This document shows positions 1-12,068 of a stretch of 46,271 nucleotides of DNA, piece after piece. Under the pieces are notes generated by a model. It was not told the DNA's origin and did not search any database. It saw nothing but the letters and a program-made list of their open reading frames with translations. The first letter of the stretch is position 1; the number at the start of each line of letters is the position of its first letter. Both the position numbers and the translations under genes were made by a program. The stretch is from Cladosporium halotolerans (Eukaryota): the NCBI RefSeq assembly GCF_011745625.1, contig NW_027191478.1, forward strand, positions 310,001 through 356,271. The letters run 5' to 3'.

Positions 1-396
1 TCTACAACGCCTCCAAGATGGCCGTCATCGGCATGATCAAGGCCTTCGCCACCGACTTCGGCAAGCGCGGCATCACCGTCAACGGCGTCGCCCCCGGCGG
101 CATCAAGAGCGACATGTTCACGCAGAACGCGTGGCACTACATTCCTGTAGGCCGAACAGACCCCCCTCCCACCCTCCCCCACCTTACTTTCACCAAAATA
201 CTAACACCCCCACCCCCAGGGCGGCACCCCCGACATCCCCGCCTCGACGATCGAGCAGATGATGGCCGACCACTGCCCGCTCGGCCGCTGCGCGACGCCC
301 GACGACGTCGCCCGCGTCGTCGGCTTCCTCGCTTCCGAGGACGGCGGCTGGGTCAACGGCCAGGTCATCACCATCTCCGGCGGCTCTTCGCAGTAA
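1..396 (+). CDS. 3' part of a short-chain dehydrogenase/reductase, hydroxynaphthalene-reductase (THN reductase)-like; 5' end lies outside the window
   Basis: YNASK (YxxxK) catalytic motif at 3-17, then GITVNGVAPGGIKSDM. Intron 147-219 (GTAGGC...CTAAC...CAG) restores GGTPDIP...PLGRCATPDDVARVVGFLASEDGGWVNGQVITISGGSSQ, with TAA at 394-396. Confidence 0.85.
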
Positions 397-1355
397 GCGT
401 GGTGCCACGCTTGGGAGAGATAGTGGAAGGTTTTCTCTAACGACGGTGTTTATTTTTTTTATGGAAATGGCATTTACGAAATGACAAAAGTGTGCGGCCC
501 TGAGGGGCTCGGCTGACTTCTGGATGGATGGACGGGTGTTACTTATGGGAGAGATGGAGGGATGGGATGGATATAGAGAAACGAAATTTAGCAGGTCGAC
601 TATACCGGCCTTTTGAAACATCCAGTGATAATATCTCTTCCTCGTATGATCCGTGTGTAGGCATAGTGTCGACGGGAGCAGTTTGAGCTCGTGTCTGTGT
701 TCTCGAGAAGCATTTAGGCTTTCGCCGTGCTGGTCGAAGCTGGCGGTCGTACCAGCCCGCTCGATGTGAAGCCGGCCTTGTTGCCATTGTTGAGAAGCAC
801 ATGTCCTCAATTATGATCACAAAGATCTGCGCTTTCACAAACTATTCTCAGCTTTACACAGACAGGCATTGTTCGCCTTTCTTCTTTGTTGCTTACTCTG
901 GGTCTCGTTGGTAGATATCGTGGAGGACTCTCAAGAAGGAGAAATTCCACTGAATAAAATAATGGAACTGATCACTTTGCCTCTCATGGAAATATCGAGG
1001 CGATCATCCTGTCCAAAGTGTTCAGATTGCTATACAACGTGCCGAGAATATAGCAATAGGTCAATTGGAACACGGCTACGGCTCCGCTAGCGCGAGGGTT
1101 TCAGCCGCCCATCGCATCGTTCCAGCGCGAGATCTGCGATCTCACACGAACTTCGACCATCGTCATCGTTTACACGGTGATTCGGTAGAAGGCACGCGAC
1201 CGATCAGCGCAGGGACTGCTATACAGCGTAGGTTTAGCCATGGGTTTCTTTCTTTTCACTAGCCGATGAATCTCTGTCCCTTTCGAAACACCCCTTCCCC
1301 TTCCTCCCATCTCTCTTCCCGCAGGACACCAGGCAAGAGGAGGACACGACCAGAC

Positions 1356-2893
1356 ATGGCAGACCGCGACGACCGCCCGCGGCCAGACGGCGAAAGACAA
1401 CCGCTCCTCCAGCGCGACGACGGCGAGGCAAACGACACGCGCGAAGTCCTCGCCTTCACCGACGCCGACCCCGAGAACCCGCGCCAATGGCCGCGCCGCA
1501 CCAAGATGGCCAACGTCGCCATCATCGCCGCCATGAGCATCCTCTCGCCGCTCGCGTCCTCCATGTTCACGCCGGGCATCCAGCAGATCGCCGACGGCCT
1601 GGGCTCGACGCCCGAGGTGGTCATCGGCTGCACGACGGGCTTCGTGATCATGCTGGGCCTGGGCCCGCTGTTCCTCGCGCCGCTGTCGGAGACCTTCGGT
1701 CGGAGGAAGCTGTACATCGTGTGCTTCACGGTCTTCTCGCTGCTGCAGATCCCGAGCGCGCTGGCGCCGAACGTCGAGACGTTGATTGCTATGAGGACGC
1801 TGAGTGGGTTCTTTGGCAGCGTGGGGATTGCGAATGGTGGTGGCACGATCAGTGACATGTTTGAGCCGAGTGAGAGGGCGGGCGTGTTTGGGTGGTATTT
1901 GTTGGGGCCTTTGCTTGGGCCGACGTTGGTGAGATTACCTGTATACTTGACTTGACATCCGGATGGAAGTGCTGACATCGATATCAGGGCCCTCTTTTCG
2001 GCGGCGTAATCGTCCAGCGCGCGGATTGGCGCTGGATCTTTTGGGTGCTAACAATCGTCTGCTTCATCAATACCTTCGCCGGCTGGATCTTCCTGCGCGA
2101 GACCTACGCCCCCGCTCTCCTCGAACGCCGCAAACAAATTCTCGAGCAAGAACCCAGCGGCCACCCGAACAAATACCGCATCGACGGCCAAGACGAACGC
2201 CCCATGGGCACGCGCATCTCGCGCTCCCTCACCCGCCCCCTCCGCATCCTCGTCCAGCCCATCGTCCTCACAATGAGCACCTACCAAGCCCTCCTCTTCG
2301 GCACAACCTACAGCATCTACACCAACATGCAGCCCATCTACAGCGGCGCCTACGGCTTCAGCACCGAGCAAGTCGGCCTGCTCTACCTCGGCCCCGGCCT
2401 CGGCTTCCTGACCGCCGTCTGGTTCCTCGTCCCGCGCATCGACACCGTCTACAACTCGCTCGCCGCCCGCAACGGCGGCAAAGCGAAGCCCGAGTACCGG
2501 CTGCCGCTCGCCAACATCGGCGCGGCCGCCATCCCCGCCGCGCTCTTCTGGTTCGCGTGGACGGTGCAGCTGCACGCGCACTGGTTCGCCTCCATCGCCG
2601 CCACCTTCTTCTACGGCGTCGGCCAGGTCATGATCATCAACACCTGCCAGAACTACTACATCGACAGCTTCGAGAAGTACGCGGCGTCGGCGATCGCGGC
2701 CGGCGCGGCGTTCAGGTCGGTGTTTGGCGCTGTCGTGCCGCTCTGGGCGCCGGCGCTGTTCGATCGCTTGGGCTATGGATGGGGGATTTCGGTGTTTGGC
2801 TTCTTGGCTGTGGCCATTGCGCCAGCGCCGGCGGTGTTTTACTTTTTCGGCGAGAAGGTGAGGGAGAGGTTTTGGATCGATCTTGATAGCTGA
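1356..2893 (+). CDS. MFS multidrug transporter, DHA1 family (exons 1356-1928, 1988-2893)
   Basis: DPENPRQW N-terminal motif, APLSETFGRR motif A, GPLLGPTL|GPLFGG motif C across a GTGAG...CTGAC...CAG intron, WRWIFW, PEYRL, and about 12 hydrophobic segments. Confidence 0.93.
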
Positions 2894-3107
2894 GGGTTGG
2901 GGGTTGTAGATATAGATGTATAGATGGGTCTTGCGGGCAATTGCATAGCGTTTGATTCAGACTCCTGGCGTTATATCTCAGGCTGGATCTACCGAGGACC
3001 TCCAATTTCTCTTGGCACATCATTGGCACCAATCCGCTTTGGAGACCTCCCCTAAGCTAGGTAACCACCAACCAATTTTGTCCAAGGGGTCTCTTTGCAC
3101 CTCTGCC

Positions 3108-3694
3108 ATGTCCACGCCACTCGAAAGGGTGCAGCACCTACTCGTCACGCCCAACAATCCTCCCAGGGAGCTCGAGGCCCTCGACTCCTCACGCTGCGTG
3201 GCGCTCCACAACGCCATTCTCGAGCACGCCTGGCTCAGCTCCGGACGCTGAGCAGAAGAATCCCAATCGAAATGCACGCCGTACTACGAGCGTGTCGCCG
3301 AGGTCATCGACGAGAAGTGTAGCGCTTCTCTCAAAGCCTTCTTCCGGGGCGCTCGAGATGCGCCACAGGGAACGTTTCGCTTCAATTTCTTCTACAACGT
3401 TTCTGGGCTGGGCTGTGCTTTTGGTTGGCACGCCTATTATTCTCGAGATGAAAACAGGACCCTGACATTGTACACGGTAAGCGAAGGGCTGTACGGTGAT
3501 CCGGATGGCTTAGTGTAAGCTCTTACGCGTGCTTCGTATCGACGCGTGTGATTCTGATGGTGATGTGTAGCTTTGACCAGCACACGCACAAGGCCATGAT
3601 GCATTTCGACATCTGCGACGAGCTAAACGAGTCGAGCAGACGGGATGCCTATGGTACAAAGTTCCACCTTCTATCTGGCGTACCCTTGCGCTGA
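3108..3694 (+). pseudogene. Disrupted, truncated gene relic of an uncharacterised fungal protein
   Basis: ATG 3108 in GCCATG context. Protein-like frame (RCVALHNAILEHAW...FNFFYNVSGL...GDPDGLV|FDQHTHKA) continues through an in-frame TGA at 3249-3251 and a canonical intron 3515-3570, then stops at 3692-3694 next to the amidase 3' end. Confidence 0.6.
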
Positions 3695-3748
3695 AGACCC
3701 CTTCCTTGCGACGTTGCCGCTCGACCACCTTTTCACCTTTTGCTGTTG

Positions 3749-5908
3749 CTACTTCAAAGTCCGTCCAGTCTTCACCCCTGTCGGCAGGCCTTGTTTGTAT
3801 GCCACCTCTCGCACCAGATTCATCAACATGAAGTCGCAGCCGGACGCGCCTTGGATTTCGACCGCGACTGGCAATTCCTCTTCAGTCAACGTAACGCGGC
3901 TTTCGAATTTCGCTGAGCCGACCGGGACCACGATCTCCGGGCTGGCGTTCATCACCGAGAGGAAGTTCCAGCTGAGATAGCCGGGCAAAGCCGGGGTGTA
4001 CCCTTCCGGTGTGTATTTGATGTCGGTGTCGCGATACCAAGGGATGCCGCCGTTGCCGTTGAACGGGAAGACCACGATGGCGTCGGAGCAGGTGTCGGCG
4101 TTCGCTGTGAGGTAGTACTTCCTGTAGAAGGCTTGGAACTCCTTCTGGAGAGCGAAGCCGATCTCTCCCAAGGTAGCGTTCTGCTGCGCGAACGACGGGT
4201 CGCTTTCGCCGTTCACCTTGACGTACGGGTAACGTCCGAATTTGTCGAAGTAATCTTGTTTGAAATCGTTCGCGAACGTATTGGTCCCGCCAACGTACGG
4301 AATGACCTTGGGTGTTGTCAGACGTGACTGTGACTCATGAAAGGCCATGAGAACATGTTCGGGAAAGACTTACATCTGCGAAGTAATCTGCCAGGCTTTC
4401 GTTACTCTGCGAGTATTCGAGCCAAAGTGCGTTACTGTCGAGAACAGTGCGGTTCACTCCCAGGAATGCTTCGAGATGCTTGACGTATTCTTCGCACGGA
4501 GCGATATACTTGGCGTCAATGTTGGCCCAATATTCGCGGGGATAGATGATCTTCTTCGGGAACTTGGTGTAGTTCCTGAATCCCGAATCGGAGTACATAG
4601 CGGCGCCAAAGGCGTTCATGGAGTCGACGTCGCGGGAAAAGTGTCCCGCGACGTCGAAGGGTCCGAACGAAGTCGCGGTGTTGTGTGTGCTGTTGTTTGT
4701 TGTGCGAATGCCATATACGCCATTCATTGCCGCGGGAACGCGCATAGCTGGAGGGAAGGAAATCCATCAGTCGAGTTACCACAAGATAAAAGGACACATG
4801 TAATGCTGGTACTCACATCCTCCGGTATCTTCGCCAATAGTGTTATCCAGCCATTCGTATGCAGCGAGAGCGGCGCCAGAGCCGGCCGAAGACGCTCCCG
4901 GGATCTGAAATCCATCTCCTCGAGGATTCTGTAGTCGTCAGAGCTTTGTTCAGTGGCAGACACTGCGTAACAAGGGTACTTACGAAGGGCAGCGAGTAGT
5001 CGGGCCACTGCGAAATGGTGAACAAAGGATTGGCAAAAAGCGTCAACTTTGTCTTTCCCACTATCACGGCACCTTTGTCTATGAGATTTTGAATGCTTCC
5101 CGATGTTTCGTTGGCGGGAGGGTAGGTTTCCGCATACGAGCGGCTTCCGAATCCTGTGATCAAGCCCTTGATCTGGTATTGATCTTTGACAGCAATGCGA
5201 TAGCCGGCCAGAGGCTTCTCAACCGTTGGCGTAGAGTAAAGACGTGACGGCACGGCAACAGAAAGAGCACCAAATGAGTCGCTGCCATGTGCCGGAAGAA
5301 TTTCGAAACTGTCGGCCTCTTCCGTAGATGCTATGCAAGACGACACGAACGAATCTGTGTGATCATTGTACAGGCGCCATGCTTGGTGGATACCTTGGGA
5401 CGTAGCGAAATATGGTCCATCGGGCAGCGTGGTGTTACAGGAAGGGTCGCCGAATACGACTTGCGTGGTCCCGATAGTCTTGAGCAACAGATTGGCGTCT
5501 TCTGACAGGGTCTGGTTTAGGGATCTTTGGAAGAAGAAAACTTTTGGGAGAAGCCTTGTTAACTTCTGTTCATCAGCACAATATACGCAGTCTGATACAT
5601 ACTTTGCGAGAAGCCAGAGCTGTAAACATCGTCCCGAGCAAGAAACCCGGCGATAGTCGCATTGATCCACGCCGCAGAAATGGTCTGATGGGGAGAAGTG
5701 ACCACTGTCATCGGAATTGAGTGTTTCGTCTCAAAGCCATACTTTAACTGCCAGGGCTGTCAATGTCGAACTTCGTCGGGTTGAAAGGGTGCAACGGCCA
5801 TACTTCGATCTTGGAAGGTACATAGTAATCGACATCAGACACTCTTACCACGCTCGAGGCGTAGCTCCAAGCTGGCAGCAACGCTGACAGCGCCCATAAT
5901 GCGCGCAT
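3749..5908 (-). CDS. Secreted amidase-signature family protein (exons 5908-5804, 5747-5603, 5540-4984, 4928-4817, 4747-4374, 4306-3749)
   Basis: Signal peptide [28 protein letters not shown] (catalytic Lys), [29 protein letters not shown] and GEDTGG|SMRVPA (Ser-Ser-Lys triad) are reconstructed across GT-AG introns. Summed exon length is divisible by 3. Confidence 0.88.
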
Positions 5909-8631
5909 GTCGTATGGCTAACGTCGGATGTCCGTAGACCACGGACTGGAGATCTGCATGCGCGCATGGCAGTGCCGGCAGCGGCTTCTTATACACCTGC
6001 GTCATGTCTCCGCAGAGTACATTTCGAGAGGAGTAGGTTCCTTGACTAGACTACATTTAGACGCTTTATCTAGCAACCAAAATTCAGACCCAGTGGCCCA
6101 CCGAATAGTTGTGACGGTTCCTCTGTAGGGACGTCACGTAGGTCTGTCGGGCTGTCGGGAGATTAACGGCTACCGGGATGTACCGAGATAAGGTAAAGCC
6201 ACAAAATTCACTCTGGCTCGGTTCGGATGGTCGGTACATACCATGTCAGTAGTAGGAAGGGAATTTGACGACATGAGGCAGCCGATGTGGTGAGTCTCAT
6301 GTCATTGTTGCTTACGAAAGCTCCTGGTCATGTAGATTGGACACTAAACAAAGAACAGAGATATCAAGAGCAGTAAGGCGTTTTGTTGAAGTTAAGTGCT
6401 GGGCCGGAGTATGGTGGTGTTTTTCGGCCATTGTTTACCATACATCAGTCGGTGGTACGCAGCAAATCAGAACACTTCAAAAGACCATGCTCACGTCGCC
6501 CTTCGACAATCCGCCGTGATTGTCCTGCGAGAAATCAATCTGCATTGCTTTGACAAATATCGCGTCTAATGTGTTCAGACTTTCATAGTAGATAGGTGAA
6601 CGTCGTCCGCTTCATCAAGGTAAGTGAATCCGATAAGCGCGCGGAGAGAGGTACCCACCGGTACCTTACTAATAATTCTCCGCGCTTCTGTAAACCCCGC
6701 GCGCTTCTCTCAAGCGCACCTTGGCGTCCTTCCGGCAGCTGCTCCGGCTCTTGCGCTTCTGCCGACGACCAGGGCGCGTTTATGTGCGGCGGTCCCGGCC
6801 GCGAAGTCATCGTCTTCCTCATGCTACACTAGAACGCTCGATGCATCTACACCATAGTTTCTATCCAACTCGCTGACGTTCCTTGGCTATCCGCGAGGTC
6901 AAGGAATCCGCTGAAACATACTCGTATTGCATATGCTGCGAGTAACGAGCACTCACCTTGCCTCCTGACGGCCGCTAGACTTCAATCCTCCAACATGAGC
7001 AATGAACGGTCGACTCTCTTCCGAAAGGAGGGTTCGTGCACCCGTGTTCCGCCCACTTGCTCAGTAGCAACATCGCCACGAAGGGTACTTTCGCTGGTTG
7101 ACTGGACGGCTCCGTAGGTTCGAAGAACCTGCAGCTCCAATGTTTCAGAATGATCGAATCTGACCACGCGGCCTTGGTGCGCAGGCGTGCTCATATCGGT
7201 ACCTGGCAGCTCGTAGGGACGGCTACGGAATGCCGTTGGGAATCAGGTCATGTAAGTGGTGTTTCCCGTGCTCCGTTCCTATCGTCCCAGTAGCAACACC
7301 TCGGCTTACTCTTACTCAGCCTCTTGAATGTAGGTGCGACAGAGTTGCAGGCTGGTCGCGAAAATTGTGACGATGATAGACTGTGATGGAAGCTTTTCGG
7401 AAGAGACTGATCAGATTGATTGTAATGTAGTTGTAACACGGAGGCAAGGATGAAGTTCAGGCCGATTCTATGTGTGAAGATAAGAGAAGGCTGCGTGGCT
7501 GCCTCTCAGACTGCCGTAGGCGGAGAGACACATGCAAGGCGCATCATCTGCTTGCAGCTGATGAGCTGGTCACTACCATGCAAGCCGGGGTTCCGATGTA
7601 CAGCCTTGTCAGGGATCGTGCGAAGAGGCTGTTGGTAATCTTGGTGCTGCATTGTTGGCTTGTCAACTCCTTGGCTTGGTACAGTAAGTGCGTCAGAGCG
7701 ATGTGAGGCCGATTGCGGGGCGTCGAGAGCCTGTCAATGTGCGTATGTCTTGCTGTGCTAAGGGCCGGACTGTCCATTCAAGGGAAACGTAGCCTTGTTT
7801 CCTTTACGCGCGACGCTCGGCGCCCCATCATGCTGCAGCGAGGGCCTTCCATGCATGCACTGGCTGAGTCAGAGAGGCAAAGGGATCGCTGTTATACGTC
7901 CATGCATCTCGTGTCTTGTCAGAGGGATGAACGAGATGGTCATATCGATTTCTGAGGGGCGCGCGGCTATTCATGCAGGTACATACCTTGAGCTGAAAGC
8001 ATTGGGAGAGCCAAAAAATGTGCCCGAGGCAGGAGAATTGGGACCTGTCGCTATTTGTGGAGGCATAGATTGTTGGTGAATCGTGATCGTATGCCTCGCA
8101 ATGAAGAAAAAAGATAACCTCTAACTCAACTGACGGATGATAGCAGCTTGATCGTGTCTCATCCCATTTTCCGAATCGACCGTCGACCCTGACGCGCCGA
8201 ACACAGTCGCTAAAGAGAGCCATCGCGGCCACCAGGAGCCTCGGGTTTGTGCGAGGGGGCGATCCCGCCACGCTCCGCACTCCAATCGAAGGTGAGCGAC
8301 GAAGGGTAGTCGCGACCAGAGCAAGTATCCAAGGGCTTTCCAGAGAGCTATGGATCTGGTTTCTCTGCCCCTTCAAACCAGCTTGAGGGAGTATCGGCGG
8401 ATTCAGTCTCAACTCCCGTCCTGCATACCTGGAACCGTGTCCATGTGCGTAGATGTCGAAAGGGGACGAGTGCTGCGAAGGACCACCTGTTCCGGATGAG
8501 GGAATGGCGGCGTATAAATGCCAGGCCGCAAGAATTACCTACCGCGACCCTTCCACCACGGGCGCCCTAGCCAGGCTTCAACAGCCTGGCTGTACCCGGC
8601 GTCTACCAAAGCTAATACGCGCCTGCGTTTG

Positions 8632-8967
8632 TCAGGGCGAGATGTCTCGCTGCCGGAGTATGTAGACCAATGGTGGTGTGGGAGGATAGTAGCTCGAGAA
8701 AGTCGTGGATGCTCGCTGAGATCGTGGCGTGTTCAGATGGCGTGTCTCGTTGACGTCGTCGAGGGTTTGACTTAACGGAGCGTCTGGGATGAGCTCTCGG
8801 AAATTCGGGGAAACAGCAGAGAGGAGAGCGTGGGATGTTTCGAAAAATAATTGGCCGTCCGGCTTGATTAGAATATCTTCCTTGTACAGAACGCTGTCGC
8901 TCAACCAAATGGTCTTATCGCAGGGGAATCTCTCTTCTTTACCGAACACAGTGATCAGCGCAAACAA
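8632..8967 (-). pseudogene. Possible BTB/POZ-domain gene relic
   Basis: ATG-less frame containing EDILIKPDGQLFFETSHALLSAVSPNFRELI, which resembles the BTB N-terminal pattern (D-h-x-h...F..H..hL...S..F). The frame loses coherence downstream. Confidence 0.35.
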
Positions 8968-9055
8968 ACAAAAAGTCCAAACACAATGGAACGCTCCGTC
9001 TCAACTCAGCTCAGCTTTCGTCCAGCAAAAGGCAAGCCCGCCCATTTACCCTCCA

Positions 9056-9877
9056 TCACCTACGACCGCCACCCCTGCGGTCCTCCGGCGCGCGTGTCCG
9101 CTCCGGCTGCCTAACAGCCCGCTCTTCCTCCTCCTGCTCGCGCATGAATCTATCACGATCCTCCGCCTCGTCATCAAAGTCCTCGAAAGCAGTCGCAGGC
9201 GGGGGATCCCTGCGAGTAAAGATGCCGCTCTGGCGCTTCTTCCTCCGTTCAGCCTTATCCATACCGACATAGTCGCGCGCATCCTTCAGGCCCTCGGGCT
9301 TGTACTTCTTGTCCAGATGGCGCTCGAGCAAGCGCACGTTCTTCGTGTTCGCCTTGAACGCCGCGTCCGCGATGTCGCCGATGAACGGGATCAGGCCCAC
9401 GACGAAGTCGAGGATGATGTTGATCAGCATCTGGATCTGGGTGCCGGAGTCGAGACCGCCGGAGACCGTGCGGCAGCGCCGGAAGACCATGAGCGCGAGG
9501 AAGGTGCCGAGCACGTCGCCGAAGCCGGGCACGAGGCCGATGACAGACTCCCAGCCGAAGCGCACGCCGAAGAGCGTGAAGAGGCCGCAGTCGAGGCGGT
9601 AGGCGGAGGTGCGCACTTTGGCGAGGATCATGGCGTCGGACTCGGGGATGTAGGAGGGGATCTGCTTCTTGACTTTCTTCATTTTGCCCGGACGTTTGGG
9701 GTCTTCGACGAGGCAGAAGAGGGGATCCTTGAGGGGGCGTTAGCTTTGTGGGATGAGTGGACTTTCATCCAAATTGTCAATACTCACATCGCCGCCGTCG
9801 ACTTTCTTGGTGGCATACTTGCCCATTTGCTTCTTGAGCAGCTTGTTCGCCGCGTACTTGCCGACCATTGCCGCCAT
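9056..9877 (-). CDS. DUF4112 family membrane protein (exons 9877-9788, 9727-9056)
   Basis: MAAMVGKYAANKLLK start. AYRLDCGLF...RFGWESVIGLVPGFGD and DFVVGLIPFIGDIADAAFKANTKN are characteristic of DUF4112. Intron GTGAGT...GCTAAC...AAG. Confidence 0.88.
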
Positions 9878-10436
9878 GATGTCGGTGTTGTATTAGAGAG
9901 TAGTTTGGGGAATATGATTGATGAATATGCCAGAGTGCGAGGCTTGGGTGTCTTTTAAGAATAGTTGTCCAGTAGCTTGCAGCTGTTGTTGCCCTTAATA
10001 GCAATACAAGACGATTGGCATGCAGCGCGCGATGTCTGGAGATGATGAAACAGGCGCGTCGCGCGGGCGCTTGATGGCGCAGAGAGGCAAAGGGATGCTT
10101 GTAGAAGACTAAGCGTCTGCAGTCAAGACTGGGCAGAGAAGGGGTATATGAAGCAGAGGCAGGGAAGCGTCATACGGGAGAATCAAAAGACATAGAAAAA
10201 GGCGGTCATGACCTGCGTGCAAGGTTCAGCGAATGCGCGCATCTTCCTGTTTGTGTGATGTCGCGGGTTGACGTAGCTGTCGCTTGTCGCTCCTGTGGCG
10301 CAGCACAGCCACCGGCGATCATCGAACGCCGCCCGGGATTTGCTGCAGCGGCGGCCGCGCGCGACAGTCTGGAAGGGCGGCTGTGACCTGCGACACGCCA
10401 ATCGCTACTCCATTGCCGGCACTCACAACCCTGCCA

Positions 10437-11169
10437 ATGGCAATGCCTGTCTTTTCCCTTGTCGCGAGAAGACTTGCCATCCACCGAATCTCCTCACCCT
10501 TCACCGCCCTCCGCCGCGCTTCCACCAAACAATCCGGCCCCAAACTCCAGATCAAGAAAGCCATCACCGAACCCGCCCCGCCCCTCCTCGCGCGCTACCC
10601 ATATGTCTACATCTTCTACCGGGTGTTCAAATATGGCGTGGGCTTCGCCTTGTCCCTGCACATCTTCGCCGAGTACTTCTTCAGCTTGAACCTGGGCCAG
10701 GGAATGTCCATGTCGCCCACCCTGAACGCCAGCGGCGACTGGATGTTGCTCAGCAAGAGGTACAGGCGCGGAAGAGACGTCGCGGTCGGGGACATTATCA
10801 GTTTCAAGCATCCTGTCGACCAGTACACCTACTCGGTCAAGCGAGTCGTCGCCATGCCGGGCGATATTGTGCTGAGAGACTCGCCGGACACGTCGGGGCA
10901 GTTGATTCAGGTTTGTCGGACATTGAAGGGGAGTGTACAAGGGACGTGAGCTGACAGATCGCTCGCAGATTCCTGAAGGACACTGTTATGTCGTAGGCGA
11001 CAACCTTCCGTGGTCGCGCGATTCGAGGATGTTTGGCCCATTGCCGTTGGGCCTCGTCAAGGCCAAGGTGATTGGGAAGTTCAGCACGTCGGAGATGAAA
11101 TGGTCTAGTTTGCGAGACGGTGGTGACGGTGGGATGAGGCCTTACAATCCCGACAACGATGTCGACTGA
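10437..11169 (+). CDS. IMP1: Mitochondrial inner membrane peptidase subunit 1 (S26 family; exons ~10437-10910, 10969-11169)
   Basis: GMSMSPTL (catalytic Ser), SVKRV (catalytic Lys), IPEGHCYVVGDNLPWSRDSRMFGPLPLGLV, and an Arg/Ser-rich N-terminus. The start may be 10437 or 10443. Confidence 0.88.
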
Positions 11170-12068
11170 GTTGCTTTCGCCGTTGCCTGCATTCATCGTT
11201 AAAAACTCAGGTTGCGATCTTTGAAGCCAGGGAAACCGCTGGACACTGAGAACCGCAGCCTCGACACTGCGAGCTCTAGTGCCACTACGCTCTGCCAAAG
11301 CACCTGCAATCGCCCTGCTGCGCCGCGCAATGGACATATCGCGCCAAATGCTGCACGCGCATGCGCCTACGAGAGCTTCGAGAAAACCGAAAGCTCAACG
11401 TCATCGTGCAGACGCCAGATCTTCGCTTGCAGGCGAGAGCTCTCGGCGCTGCCATTCGACGCAAGGACATGGTCTGAAACAGGGCCATTGCATCTACGAT
11501 ATCGCTAGCATGCAGGGTAAAGCTTGCATCGCTGTCGCTGCGACTGGAACATCGGGGCGGGTGCCGTACGGCTGCGTCCTAGATAAGGAGGATGGTCATG
11601 ACGGGGGTGGCTTTGGAAGGGCCTCTCTCAGTGGGGTTGTGTATTGCGAATTGGATGAAGCCGTTGGTACGAGCCGGAGAGAGACTGGTCCCGGAGCCGG
11701 GATTGGCCCTTGAGACGTAACAATCTCAACGGAGAATCTTCTCTTGATGCGTCGCAACGTTGGCACAATCACGAGGGCATCGGATTTCGCTGAGAAGGAT
11801 TCAATATCCTATCAGACGTGTTCATCCGAGTGGCAGCCAGCGTCTTCGATCTCACTGGGGCCGCTGGCGTGAGCGCGAAAGCCTACGATTCCGTGGAAAC
11901 TCTTTCGCAGTGAGAAGATTTCTTTTAGATTGATGGAGCTCTTTCAAGCATCTCAAGTCGCTAGTATGAGCGGTACGGACATCAGTTGCCAGAAACGTCA
12001 ACCAGTGTACGCTCCATCAGAACCACATATATCAGAGTTCAGGTTCTTACCCGACCATTCACTCTCAA

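Noticed and set aside
3249..3251. Selenocysteine or programmed readthrough at the in-frame TGA
   Set aside because: No TGA-CTA readthrough context, the gene also appears truncated, and Sec machinery is not known in ascomycetes.
6590..6835. GC-rich patch with AAG|GTAAGT donor and CTAAT branch-like sequence
   Set aside because: No convincing acceptor, start or recognisable protein motif; may be a relic but I cannot support it.
8569..8591. Inverted repeat AGCCAGGCT-TCAAC-AGCCTGGCT
   Set aside because: A single 9-bp stem is plausible by chance, with no supporting context.
5950..8600. Long intergenic gap as a possible transposon or RIP relic
   Set aside because: No terminal repeats, transposase or RT motifs, and no marked AT/TpA enrichment visible.
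8789..9958. 389-aa plus-strand ORF
   Set aside because: Antisense to the DUF4112 gene; explained by GC-rich codon bias.
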